Shown: in pieces, positions 12,606 to 24,754 of the stretch | Numbering within the stretch: the first letter of the stretch is position 1 | Layout: each line of letters starts with the position of its first letter | NCBI GenBank assembly: GCA_002269645.1 | Contig: NIVC01004905.1 | Location: forward strand, 1-31,871 | Length of the DNA stretch: 31,871 nucleotides | Direction of reading: 5' to 3' | From: Macrostomum lignano | Taxonomy: Eukaryota | Position numbers and translations under genes: made by a program | The notes under the pieces: model-generated | Seen by the model: the letters and a program-made list of their open reading frames with translations, nothing else | What the model was told of the DNA's origin: nothing | The model's database searches: none

Positions 12606-13253
12606 TCATTGGTAGCATCCTTGATGGGCGACGGCGCGTCCTCCGCGATTGGCTGGCCGGGTGCCATGGGGCGGGCCTCCGTTCGCAGCAGCCAAGTCGG
12701 CAGTCGGCGGGGCCGGGGCCAGCTGCGCACTGTTCGAGGCCAAGGTCGATGGGGCTAGGCGCAACGGCCAGCCCACAAGCTGCACTTGGCCATCGACGTA
12801 CAGCAGTCGCTCAGAGTGCTTGGCCACGGCCACATCCCAAAAGATACATAGACGGGGAATCCATCCGTTGGCGAGATGGCCTGCCTCCCAATAGCCAATG
12901 GCTAGAAAGAGTGCCAGGGCCGGACGCTGGGTTCCTCCGCACTGTAACAAGCAGATCTCGGCTTGGCGCAGTTGTTCATCAAGCAGATCGTGGGTGTGCT
13001 TGGGCCGCATCAGCTTCAGTAAGATGTGCCAGGGTGCGTCAAGCTGAATTCACCCTCGCCGGGACGCCTGTCTCCGGGCTTCATCGAGTTCTGTTTTTAG
13101 CCATTGACAGATGGGAGCTGCGCCAGTCAGAGTGGCTGATAAAGTCCGCAGCTCCTCGGGTTCTCCTATGCAGAGACAGGGTGCTTGAGCAGATGGGGGT
13201 TCGGGTGCCAGCGTCGGGTGGCTAGCAGCTCCCAGGTTGGCGTTGTTGTTCAT
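12606..13253 (-). pseudogene. Second copy of ORF-X with a premature stop
   Basis: CGA(Arg)>TGA at codon 68 (13050-13052), a CpG transition; otherwise colinear with 11214-11861. Confidence 0.75.
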
Positions 13254-14597
13254 ATTGATAGCAGACTTGCAGCTGATAGTCGGCAGATAAATAAGCAGTG
13301 GATAATAAGCAAAAGGGATTAATATACAATGGGTATATTTATGTACAAAGAGTTTGCAATTTATAGCGAAACAAATGAAAATAGCTTAGAAATTGTCGCA
13401 CAAAGGCAGAATCAAAGTTAACCGATTTGGGGCCTGAGAAAATGAAACGCATCCTTAAATACTTTTCAACAGGCCAGGTTTTGGCCAGCAGGGCCAAAAG
13501 CTGGGTAATAACAGATTCACCACCCCCCGCCGCGCACTCCAATTGAGGTTACGCAGAGAAACTGGGGGGAAAGGGAGGAGTCATAAAAATTGGTAAACCA
13601 CGAGATAGGGGTGCGGTGCCGCCTTGTCTAAAAATCTTAGGCTGGGCTTCGGATTGATAAAAACGAGAAGGCCCCAATTGGGCTCACAAGAACAGGGGTC
13701 GCTTGTGAAACTATAGAGTTGCAAACACAAGTTTTAGAATTACACAAATGGTGGCAAAAGAACAAAATCAAGGTGCCTAACCAACATTTATATAGAAATA
13801 GCAGAATAAGAGATAATAACTGAAAAAAAGGCATGCAGGTCTCCGTAAGGAGCTATACAAACAGAGGGGAGGAAAGGCACTGGGAAGATTTTCCCAGGCT
13901 CGGCTCAATCGGAACAGAAAATGGGAGCCTCGATTCACCATGGCCTTGAACAAAGAGGGCCTGATCCGGGTGTGGCAGGACAGAGAGTTAAACCGACTGG
14001 TTGAAAAGTACCTTTAGTTTGAAAACTGAGCTGAGAAGGTTTTACAAAGAAATTTAAAAATTGTTATGCAATTATGTTACAAAGATGAGCAAAAATTTCA
14101 GCACTTTGGGCATGTGCGAAGAAATTATAGCTAAATTTCACAGAACAGCAAGGGGAAATTCACGCAAAGCTGTAGTATTGCAGGTGGATAAATAGAGGTG
14201 CATTAGTGCGGGCTTTTACCGGAAAGCCTAAGGCTAAATATAAGGGTGCAGGCTTATCATAATGCATCGCATAAGCATGAGCACGTAGAAACATAGCTTA
14301 TAGCTTTTATCCGGAAAGCTTAAGGAGAGGGGAATGAAACCGCTTTGACAGGAAGCAAAGGTTACATTAAAGAATCTGCTTTTACCCTCAAGCATAAGGT
14401 TTACAGTAGAGAAATTGCTTTTTCCTTCAAGCATAAGGTTTACAGTAGAGAAATTTGAAGTAACCTTCAGCACATTAGTGGGTGCAGAGAAGGTTTTACA
14501 GTGGCAGGGAAAATAAACGCATTCGCAAATGTGACTATTGACAGTAGTGCGCAGAATAAAATTCGCAGAAAAAGGCGCATATGGAGAAATTTCGCGG

Positions 14598-16088
14598 TTA
14601 ATTACCTTGAATTTTGACCTCCATTCCAATGTCTGGCAGGTCCGGATCGTCTTCTTCTAGCACTTTGGGATGGCGCAGGCTCGACTCAAAGAGCTGGCTG
14701 CCTTGCAGATCAGGCTGAGCAGCGGTCTGCGGCTCCGGTGCGGGCTGATTAACTGAATCTGTTTCGCTTTCCTTGCTGGACTCGTAGGGCAACATCGGCC
14801 GTTCAGTTTGTTGCGGCGGCTCCTGCGGTCGTTCAGCCATTGTTTGCGGCACTTTGATAATATTGTTCCAGTGTACAAGCACTTCAGTTGGGCATCCTCG
14901 TGCTGTGGCAGGTCTGATCCAATAGGCAACTTTGCCAACTTTCTTCACAACTTTATACATGCTCTTATATGGCCAGTGAAACTTGGGCAACTCTCCCAGC
15001 TTGAGCTTCGGGTTGGCCAGGCAGACAAGATCTCCGGGCTGCAGTTCCACAGGTTTTGGCTGGTTCTCATAGTACTCTTCTCGGCATTGGATTTCTGCTC
15101 TCAGTCGCTGTCTCACAATACGTTCAGTTTTGGCCAGTCTACGCTGATGTTTGGCAATGTACTCCGGGAGGTCAGCTGATATGTCTAGGCGGTCCAGGGT
15201 GTTGTCGATAGGATATTGGTAGGGCACTCCATAAACAACATAGTGCGGCGAGAACCCGGTAGTACAATTGACAGCAGATCTTAGTGCAGTCAAAGCGGCT
15301 GGCAGCATCTTGTCCCACTGTTGATGATCTTCTAGGAGACAGGTGAGCACCTTCTTAATATTCTTCTTACACGATTCGGCTTGTCCGTTTGCCCAGGGCG
15401 AGTATGGCGGCGTCGTTGTCTGCCTGATGCCGTAGACTTCGCAGAAGTGTCGGAACTCATGCCCTGTAAACTGCTTGCCTTGATCTGAATGAATCCAAGC
15501 AGGGATTCTGGTGATTGGAAAGACTTGCTCTTGCAGGAGCGTGATTATTGTTTTGGCACGCTGGTTCTTCATGGCGAAGGTAAAGGGGTACTTCGAGGTG
15601 GTGTCGACATAGGTGAAGATGTACTTCTTGCCTTGATTTGTCGGATCTCCAGTGGGGCCCAGGATGTCGATCGCGCATCGCCCATAGATTTTGCAGACCG
15701 GGAACGATTGTACATGTGCCGGAATTCGTTGCCGTCCTTTGCTTAAAGTGCAGGTCTAGCAGGAAGCAACGTAGTCGGACACTGCTTTGGCCAAGGCAGG
15801 TCGCCAGAATCTTTCGCACACTTTAGTGATGGTAAGGTCTCGGCCCATGTGTCTGCAGTAGGGCGAACCATGCAAGTCGGCAAACACGGTGGCATCGAGA
15901 CTCTTTGGCAGGATGATTTGCGCTTTGTCCTCTTCTCCGATATTGTCGAGATGTATAACCAATAGTCCATCGTCTCGGACTTCTAATTGCTCATAAAATG
16001 CTAACAGATTTCGCTTGTCTCTTGTCATGTTCAGACGTTGGTTTATTGGCAGTTTCAGTTGTCGGGTTTCCAATAGATTGATCACCAT
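14598..16088 (-). pseudogene. pol: Gypsy integrase region of pol (HHCC, DDE core, GPY/F-type C-terminus)
   Basis: H..CRHMG...WRP...YVASC*TC zinc-binding motif; AIDILGP; IHSDQGKQF; PYSPWANGQAE; VVKKVGKVAY. In-frame stop at about 15756. Confidence 0.93.
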
Positions 16089-16829
16089 GGCGATGGCAGA
16101 GTCAGCACGCTGATAGGTCTGGAGCTCCTTGCGAGTGACTGGCCTCGGGATATGATCTATTAGATTCAGAGTACGGCATCTGTCTATAGGATTTGCTGGC
16201 GTGGCATCGGCTGTGGCGGCATGGTTCGGGCCAATCCCTATGCATGGTCGCTACTTGGACGTGGCCGTGTTGCTGTATTTGAAGGCCAATCCATGTCGGT
16301 GGCTTTGGCGTCACTGTCGTTGGAGTTTGAATCGTCAGCAGATAATGATGAGTCAGTGGAGCTGTCGGCGTCACTGCTGAATCTCACCTTCTTAAACTTA
16401 GGGTAGCAAGCGGGTTGGCAGCAGTCATCTCTGGCTGCACTGTGGTCGCTGTCCTCATCACCTTTAGCTAGTAATCGGCGGCTCCTAGTGGGGCAACATG
16501 TCGAACTGCTAAAGCTGGTGGGCGACCTCTGAGTCCCGATAACAATTGGCAGTTGGCCTCGGCTTCGTTGCCGGCGGTTGCAGCTCTGTCAACGGCTTGC
16601 TGTCAGCTGTCAGTGTTGCTGGCGGCGTAGCCTCGCCATTGGACTCATTTGATTTCATCGGTGGCTTTCGTCGGTGACGGCGGGTTGGTCGCTTCTTGCT
16701 TGGTGGAGGACTAGGGTGGTTGCTGTCATGGACCTTTGGCGCCGCTGCGCCAGTTATCGCGGCTGGCTGCTTACTTTGGTCCTCGACTGCGGCCTCACGC
16801 TGGGCCTCCTCCATGCATTTAGCATTGTC

Positions 16830-18135
16830 CTCGGGCCGTCTAGAAAGGCTGTCGGCGTTCTGATGCTAACTTAATTTTCGGTGCTGGATCTCGAACTCTA
16901 ATTTGCTCAGGCGTTATAGCCATCTTCCAAAGATTCCTATTTGTTGAGTTTGCCTTAAGATCCAGGTTAATGCGGCATGGTCGGTTCGGCAGATGAACTT
17001 CTTGGCTAGCAGGTAGAAGCGGAAATGTCGCATTCCGTCTATGACTGCCAATAGTTCTTGCTTTGTAATCGGATAGTGGGCTTCGGCTGGCTTGAGTCGC
17101 CGGGAGAAATAGCCAATTGGGTGCTCGATTCCATCAGCTTGGCTTTGGCTCAGGCAGGCTCCAATCCTGGTCGCAGAAGCATCCGTGTCCAAGATAAACG
17201 TTACTTCAGGATCCTCGCTGAACTGCAGATATGCAAGCACTGATGTTGAAGTCATAGCGGCCTTGAGCTGGTCAAACGCATCTTGTTGGGCTTTTCCCCA
17301 TAGACAATTGAAATTCCAAATTTTCTTTTCTTTGATCAAATCATGGAGCGGAGCTGCAAGTTCTGCGTAGCCGGGTACAAATTTAGCATAATAAGTGCAC
17401 GCGCAGACAAAGCTTTTGAGTTGGCGGGCTGTTCTTGGTCTTGGCCAAGTTTTGATTGCTTCAATTTTTGCCAGGTTGGTCTTGATGCCGTCCTTAGTTA
17501 TAGGTGTCCCAAATAATTTAGACTTTCCCGAAATAAATGGCACTTCTTGCCTTTGAACTTTAAGTTGGCATCTTGCACTCATTTGAAAACCTCTTCCATA
17601 TGTTGAAGATGGTCGTTGAACTTCTTGGAGTAGACAATGACATCATCTAAATAGGCAATTGCACTTTTGTAGGCTATCCCGTTGAGCACAGCATTCATAA
17701 GTCTCATGAAGCTGGCTGGAGCTGAGCTGAGTCCCATGGGCATAACATTATAGGCGAATTGTCCGCAGTGCAGCGTGGCGAAGGCAGTCAGATCTTGATC
17801 TTCTGGACGCAGTGGAATCTGATAGTAGCCACTGTTTAAATCGAATGTACTAAACAGCTGGCTTCCTTCGAGGCTGGCGAATGCTTCTTGAATGTTATGA
17901 ATCGGGTAAGGAAAGTACTCACATTTCTAGTTTAAGCTCCGAAAGTCTTGTACAATCCTCAGGCTGCCGTCCTTCTTCGGGATGATCACCAGTGGGGTGT
18001 TGTAGCTGGAAAAACTTGGTCTGATCACACCTTTGGCAAGAAGATCATCTAGCAGCTGATCCACCTTTGGTAACAGATGTGGCAGAATCTTTCGCATTGG
18101 CAGGTGTACCGGATACTTGTCCTTTAGTACGATGT
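16830..18135 (-). pseudogene. pol: Gypsy reverse transcriptase and RNase H region of pol
   Basis: PLVIIPKKDGSLRIVQDFRSLN; FDLNSGYYQIPL; VMPMGLSSAPASF; AYLDDVIVYS; LDTDAS; ELLAVI; RTDH; NADSLSR. Several stops and one frameshift near 17590. Confidence 0.95.
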
Positions 18136-19183
18136 TATGGGTGACCAGATGAGTTTGGCCGAGATCGTGTGGCCCTTGGGAAAAGATGTTATTATACTTC
18201 TTTAGCAGCTCAATGACTTGAGCGTGCTGGTCACTAGACAGGTCCTCGCCGATATCGATCTCCTTGATCCAAGTGTCCGGATCTTCATCTTGGATTTGCT
18301 TGACGGAATCTTCTGACTTCAGTAGTGGGAAGAACTGTAGCTCGGGCAGTCTTGCTATCCCGACTAGGGCATTCGCTCGCACTTTGATGGCTGTAGTGCC
18401 TCGATTGATCATCTCAATTGCGCCTTCTCCATTCGCCATTGATATCAAGGCAGGCATGGCGTCCAGATGCTGCACATCGTCTTCGTGCCAAGCCGGTTTC
18501 AGCGGCTCAATCACAGCGGGTGTCCCTTGGTTTTCTTTGCATCCTTTTGCTAATTTGATTTTGATTTGGGCTGAAGATAATGGTGGCACAGTAGTGCTCT
18601 CAGCTGTATAAATTCTGCACGTGGTAGCTTCAGTTCGCGTGTAGCAAAGTGGTGCGGCAGTGCCGTCCTTGAAAAACAGCATCCCGGCAGCGAGATCTAG
18701 TGAGGTGCTGTACTTCTCTAGAAACTCGAAACCTAGGATGTTGTCGTGAGATCCGACTAGTAGAAACTTAACTGTCGGCTCAAAACTTCCGATTTTAACT
18801 TTCATAGTTAGTTGGCCTGCCATCTGAATTGGTTCGCCATTGTAGGTCACGATGTGTTGTTGGCAGGGCTCAATTTGGCCACGCAGGGTTGGGTCATCAG
18901 TACATAAACGGTGCCAGGTGCTGAGTCTTAAGACTTTGCACTTGGAGCCAGTGTCAAGTAGAAAAGCAAAATAGCGGCCCTGAATCTCACCAGTTAGAAA
19001 TGGATCCCTTTGAGGTTGCTTGGGTGCAGAGTTCTGCACAGGTGCGGAGGCGGTCTTAGCAGGGGACTTTAGTGCTGGCGCGGCTGCTGGATGGTGCTGC
19101 CCCCAATGGCGCGTCCAGCCATCGCGTTTCCCAAGCTGCCGTTGTGCTGGGATGCGGTGCTGGCCAACCATCGGTGTGGGCAC
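18136..19183 (-). CDS. pol: Gypsy aspartic protease and PR-RT spacer (open frame that continues into RT)
   Basis: FLLDTGS active site at about 18950 and ILGFEFL flap-partner motif at about 18730, in ORF 17927..19183. Confidence 0.9.
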
Positions 19184-20280
19184 TCGACGGCGCGGTGCTC
19201 ACGGTTGCACCTGTAACACATTGCACTCTGCCGCCGCAACTGATAAGGCGGCTGGCGCGAACTCGACTGTTGCTGCGGCTGCTGCTGCAGCTGCCAACGT
19301 TGACCTCCTGCTGGCGGCGTTCTCGGCGGCGGGTTGCTACTGCGCGGGGTTGCTGAAGTTGATGGAACTGCTGATGCTGCACATGGTGTGTGCCGGGTGT
19401 CGTAAATTGTGCGCTTCCGTTGGCGCTGCGGCGAGGAGTTGTAGGTACCAAACATCTGGAGCGTTGGCCCCACAAGTCCCGCGGCTGATGGCAAGCTGGT
19501 TTCTATGGCTCCGGGGTGTCGTTGTCGCGCGATCCCCACAAGTAGAACTCTCGCATTTCATTGCTTTCGTTGCTGCTCCTGCAGAGTCTCAGTTTGTTGT
19601 TCCATCACTTCACGCAACCAGTTTTCCTCGGGTCGAGATGACTTGGCGTCGTGTTGCGCCACAGTGGGTGTCTGACTGTTGTCATTCTCGAGAACTCGTA
19701 CATGTCTCGCTGCTGGCAGCGGTGCTACTCGCTGAGCCAAGCTAGCTGCTGTCTCTAGGCATAGCACAGCCCTTCTCGCAGCAGTCGGATTCTGCAGTCT
19801 CACCAGGAATAGCTGTTCTCGAGCCGACTGGGCAATTCGCACTCCTACCGTGAACTGGTCCACCAGCTCAGCTTGCTTTTGCACCAGAGTAAAGTGCAGG
19901 AACGCTTTGTCGGCCAGAGCAATTAATCAATCGCCATAGTCATCTACGCTCTCATTCTTGCCTTGTTGGCAGCTTCGGAATTGCTCGGGATACTCCAGCG
20001 TGTCGGCCACGTGCGTGAACCGCTCAGACAACCGCTGTTTGAACTCACTCACCAAACGTTAGGTTGTCTGGCAGCTCCATCCTGACAACTGCGGGATAGG
20101 TTGTGGCAATGTCCAAATTCACAAGGACCTCCGCCTTCTTACGTCTGTTGTCTGTGATCCCGTTGAGCTCGCATCGCTCCTCCAGGGCCTGGATCCAGAC
20201 ATCAAATTCCTGGTTCTGAGTGTACCGTTGAATCTTGACCAGTTTTGGCGCTGGAGCTCGATCCTGCTGCTGGGGCTGCT
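19069..20280 (-). pseudogene. gag: Gypsy gag, central and C-terminal part, with zinc knuckle
   Basis: Capsid-like text (FDVWIQALEERCELNG; QGKNESVDDY; DQFTVGV) and a CYRCNREHRAVEC knuckle (CX2CX3HX4C). Stops and frameshifts present. Confidence 0.82.
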
Positions 20281-20289
20281 TTCTTTTCT

Positions 20290-23200
20290 TCACTCCGACC
20301 TCCGACCGCCCGCAGGCGGCCGGGGCGGGGCCGGGTGGCCGCCAGGGTCGTCGATGGGCGGCTCGGTCCGACCCACCCTCTTGAGGTAGTCACAGATAAG
20401 GGCGCCGCCACCCTCGAGAATGTCGTTCCAGGAAATGACCACCCCGCCCCAGGTGCGGATGCGGGCCTGGTGGTGGCAGGGGCAGTAGAGCATAAGATGA
20501 TTGACCGAGTCTGGTTCTCCGCAGTCGGCGCATCGGTCGTTCTGAGCGAGGCCGAACCGACACAGGGTGTCGCGAGTCAGGGGGGATTTCTTAGTGCGGA
20601 TTTGGCTGACCGTCACCTGGCCCCACCTGGGAAGGTCATCGTGGCCTGGCGTCAGAGTCAGGTGCGGATGCGTGCGGTCCCGCAGTTCTCCAATTGGACA
20701 GTACGTGGCGGACGGCATTTTTGGCGGAGGCCTGGGAAAGTTGCGCGGTGTTCGGTTCCAATTCTGCAGCTTCGCGGGCGAGGGCGTCCGCTGCCTTGTT
20801 ACCAGCAATGTCCGCGTGGCCAGGAACCCATTGGAAGTGGAGCCTGGTCTGAGCTGGGAGGTCGGTGATGAGTCGCCAGATCGTGAGGACGAGCGAATTA
20901 GTAGAACGGTACGGGCCTTGGTTGATGGCCTGAAGGCCTGATCGTGAGTCGGTACAGATGTGAACCGAGAGCCGCGGGTTGCCGATGGTGTCGAGGGTTT
21001 GACGTAGGGCTCTTATCGCTGCCTCGATGGCGACCAATTCAGTGTGGGTGCTACTGCACCACTTTCCGGCTTGCTGGCGGATGGACATGCGGAGTGCCTC
21101 GATGGATTCGGCAGTGAGGAGAGCACCTCCGCCGGCAGCAGCGCCGTCCGGGCTAACGGAGCCGTCCGTCCAGATGGTGCAGTCGGCGCTCGGTAACAGG
21201 GCCAAGGTGGCTTCTGCCGCAGCACGGCGGGCCTCCAGTGGGTCGGATCTTTTGGTCGGCCGGGCGAGATCGGTAGCGATGGTGATCGCCTGGTCGGCTA
21301 AGTGCCACGGCGGGAGAGCCGGGTAGTGCTGGCGGTCTATGTCTCCGATGTGGATACCGGCAAGGCTCAGGAGCCACAGGCCTACTCGTCTGAAGCATGG
21401 CCGGTGACTCAAGACGATGTCTTCATCGTGGAGGTCCGTGTCGACGGGCCGGTCCACTGGGCCTTCACGCTCCCAAGCTTCGTGGGCTCTGTAGCGGAGG
21501 CAAGGGGCGACTTAGGCTACCATAAGGGTACGGGCCGGGTCGTCATCCGGTAGGCCGAGCAGGCGAATGAATTCGTTTGCGGCTAAGGTTTTGGCTTGGA
21601 TGCTGAGGGCTGGTAGTCCGGCCTCGGCGAGTAGGCAGCGTCGTCTCGTGATGCCCAGACAGCCGGTAATAATTCTGGCGCATTTGTTTTGCTCGGCCTC
21701 GAGTTTGAGGCGCGCCGTTGGTGCCGCATGATTGAAGTATAGTGCCGCTCCGTAGTCAAAAACCGACCGTACGTAGGCCATGTAGGCCGCACGTAGGGTG
21801 CGATGGTGGGCGCCATAGCTCTTGCCAGCGAGCACTTGGATGCATCGACGTCGGTCGGCCATTTTCTGTCGGACCATCTCAGTGTGTGGCGAGAAGGTGA
21901 GTTGGTCATCCAGCTTGAGTCCTAGGAATGTCGGCGTGGGGTCATAGGCGAGGTCGTGGTTTTCAAGTCGCAGAGCGGGTCGGACTTTGCCGCCGCACTC
22001 GGTAGGATCGAGGGTAAAGGTTGAGTAGGCACACTTGGAGTGGCTGAGGCTCACTTTCCATTTACGGGTCCAGGCAGCCGCTTGGTCAAGGGCGGGTTGC
22101 AGTTTGTCAGCGCAGGCAGCGAGGGAGCGTCCTGTGGCAAGTAGCGCGGTATCGTCTGCGAAAAGTGAGCGGTGTACGTTCTCGGCCATCTCGGCATCAA
22201 TGTCGTAGGCATATATAAGCCAAAGGAGGGGGGCGATCACGGATCCTTGCGGGAGGCCGTCCGTGAAAACTCTCCAGTTCGAGGTCGCACTGCCCCATCT
22301 AACACGTGCACGACGGTCTGCAAGGAAGTTTCTCAGGTACCGAATCAGGTGCTTGGGAATACCTAGCCGGGCCATCTTGGCGTACAGGGCTGGTCGCCAC
22401 ACTTTATCGTATGCCTTAGCGAAGTCCAGGAGACGAGGATAGCTCTCTCCGGTTTTCTCTGTTCGAAGGCGTCAAAGATGGCTTGGGTAATGCGGGCGAG
22501 CTGGTCCATGGTCGAGTGGCCTCGTCGGAAACCCGCTTGGTTCTGGTTGAGGAGGCCTCTGGTGTCCAGCCAGTGATAGAGTCTGTTTTGTAAGAGGCGC
22601 TCCATGAGTTTGCTGACGCAGCTAAGGAGAGATATAGGTCGGTAGGAGCTAGTGGCGCTCGGGTCTTTGTCTTTTTTCAGGATGGCGATGATTTCGGCCC
22701 GGCGCCAGGCAGTTGGGACTGAGCCAGTGAGCCAGCTACGGTTTAGTAGTTCCAGGAGGGCGTTCCGGCCTGCGTCGCCGAGTTGTTTGAGGAGTTCGTT
22801 GCAGACGCCGTCGGTTCCTGGTGATTTGCCAGTCTTGAGTTGATGGATCGCGACGTTGAGTTCGCCGATATTGAAAGGGCTGCAGATCTCCGTCCTCAGT
22901 CCGTTGCAGGGGCAGTCGTTGGTGTTGCTCGCCTTGTGTGCCTCGATGACGACGGGTCTGTCTTCTGGTCTAGACTTTGGGAGCCGGGAGACCGTCGCGT
23001 AGTCGGCGCAGAATAGTTCGGCTTTCTCTTTATCCGTGATGGCTTTGGCGGGTGGATTCCCGGGATCGTGGTTCTTGGTAAAGATAGTCGAGGGGTGGCG
23101 GTCGGTCGGCCGTCTTGGATCTTGATGAGGCGCCATAGACTGTCATTTGGCGACAGTTCGAGACCGCTTCTCGGAAGTGTAGGGTTTTCTCCTCCTGGAT

Positions 23201-24680
23201 GACTCACTCGGCAGTGGCCTTAGCGTCCTGGTACGCTTGGAGGGCCTGGGTATCCAGGGGGGCGGTCTGAACAGCCAGGCGTGCCGCTTCGCGGAGGTCG
23301 ACAGCAGCTTGGCATTTCTCGTTCCAAAAAGGCGATCTCTGTCTGGGGCCGTCTCCGTAGGGGATAGATGACCTAGCGGCCTTCAAAATAGAGTCGGTGA
23401 GGGCTCGGTTGACGCTTTCGATGTGTGTGGGCGCTTGGATGTCGATTTGCTTGAGAAGTTCATCAGATTTTTTGTGGAACGCTGACCAGTCGGCTTTTTG
23501 AAATTGAAACGGCCCCTGCGGGATCGTTGGTGCGGGGGCGATTTCGTGGAGATCTTGATCCAGATAGGGAGGTGATCTGATCCGACATCGGCCCCTGTCT
23601 GCCAGGTGGTCCTGCCGGCCAGGTCGGCCGTGGCAAAGGTGACGTCCGGGGTTGATCGGCCTCCGGTGGCTGGGTTAATGCGAGTGCAGCTGCCGTCGTT
23701 GAGCAGAGCCAAGTTCAGGCGGCAGCTCCAGTCGTCTAGTTTTTGGCCTAGTGTGTCTTCGCGCTGGTGGCGGTCCCAGGCGGTCGCGTGGGCATTGAAG
23801 TCGCCTGCCACGATCGAGTTGGGGCCTACCGCAAGGGCCTCTGGGTTCATGTTTTGCTCGGGGGTGTTGTCCCTGAGGGCTCTAGTGGCCGGCGGCGAGT
23901 AGACGTTGATCAGCACGATGGGCTTGCTCGAAGTAGACGGGTAGATCGAGGTGGAGCTGCAGAAAGTGAGTTGGTCGGCAGGAGATTGGTACGGATTGTT
24001 GTGGGGTTCGAAAGGGACATCGTCACGAACGAGCGTGAGGATGCCCCCTTGGTTCGGCTGTCCGCGGCATTGGTCCGGGTTCTCGTAGTCGAGGCGGGCT
24101 GTGGCGTTGTAGCCTGAGAACTTTGGTGGGCGGGAGCTCGGTCGCAGGAAAGTTTCTTGAAGAAGGACCGCGTGGGGTTTGAGTCGGTCTAGGGTGGCGG
24201 CAGCTCGGTCGTTCTCGCTCCGAGGCCATTGCAGTTAAGTTGGAGGATAACAATGTCGGTGGGCTTTTGGGTCAAGTCCGGTTCGGTTCTGTCGGTCTGA
24301 CTGGTCGTGGTTTTGTCATTGTTGGCGTTAGGGCTCTGGGCGGCAGTTTGGCGTTGGCGGTGATCGCAGTGTTGGGGCGTCTCGGCCGTGCCTGGTGGGC
24401 TGGAGCTGTTCGGTGTGCGGTTACAGGCTTCACAGACCCAGTTACTACCTTGTCTGGCGAGTCTCCTAATTTCAGTGTTGCTGATGTTAATACAGGCTCT
24501 GTGGGACCACGTGCGGCAGCAGGTGCACTCGAGGGCACTGACTCTGCCGACGTTTCGTCCGCATGATCCACACAGCCAGGTGGGTCCCAGATTGGGCTCG
24601 ACGTCTCCGGCTCGGAGGACCAGGGACGCGAGGGCCAGGCAGGTGAGGGCCGGGACCAGGATGGTGAGCGACGTTCTCAT
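20290..24680 (-). pseudogene. LINE single ORF (about 1460 codons): 2A-like, PHD, APE, RT, RNase H, CCHC; broken by single-base frameshifts and one stop
   Basis: GDVEPNLGP; C4HC3 PHD (about 24423-24575); QLNCNG / GDFNAH / PDVTF / SDHLP; YRPISLLS / GLPQGSV / LFADD; WTDGS / ELVAI / TDSRS / WVPGH / NKAAD; CADC-X7-H-X4-C (20482-20532). Confidence 0.95.
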
Positions 24681-24754
24681 GGGCGGAGGCTTCCCCCTGA
24701 AGCGGCCGGTAGTGCAGGCCGCAGGTGGCAGTCTCCAAAAGAGGTGAGTGTGAC

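Larger units (their letters stand above)
10614..13397. repeat. Tandem duplication of a 1392-bp unit (10614-12005 and 12006-13397): part of the 3' LTR plus 840 bp of adjacent internal sequence
   Basis: Constant offset of 1392; 17 substitutions counted by eye (98.8% identity); blunt junction at 12005/12006. Confidence 0.95.

Noticed and set aside
10614-13397. Tandem duplication as a pure assembly artefact
   Set aside because: Differences are CpG-biased substitutions shared evenly between copies, not homopolymer indels; a haplotype mis-join still needs read-level exclusion.
14234-14629. 131-aa ORF overlapping the pol stop, with a 39-bp internal duplication (about 14377-14454)
   Set aside because: No recognisable domain; length partly due to the duplication; treated as 3' UTR unless conserved in other copies.
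14598-14900. Chromodomain at the integrase C-terminus
   Set aside because: The tail is Pro/Glu/Gln-rich and lacks the chromodomain aromatic-cage motifs.
18300-18650. dUTPase between protease and RT
   Set aside because: Beta-rich spacer common in metazoan Gypsy elements; the dUTPase catalytic motifs are not recognisable.
20315-20343. 7-bp GC stem near the LINE 3' end as an RT recognition hairpin
   Set aside because: Such stems are expected by chance in a very GC-rich coding tract; needs covariation evidence from other copies.
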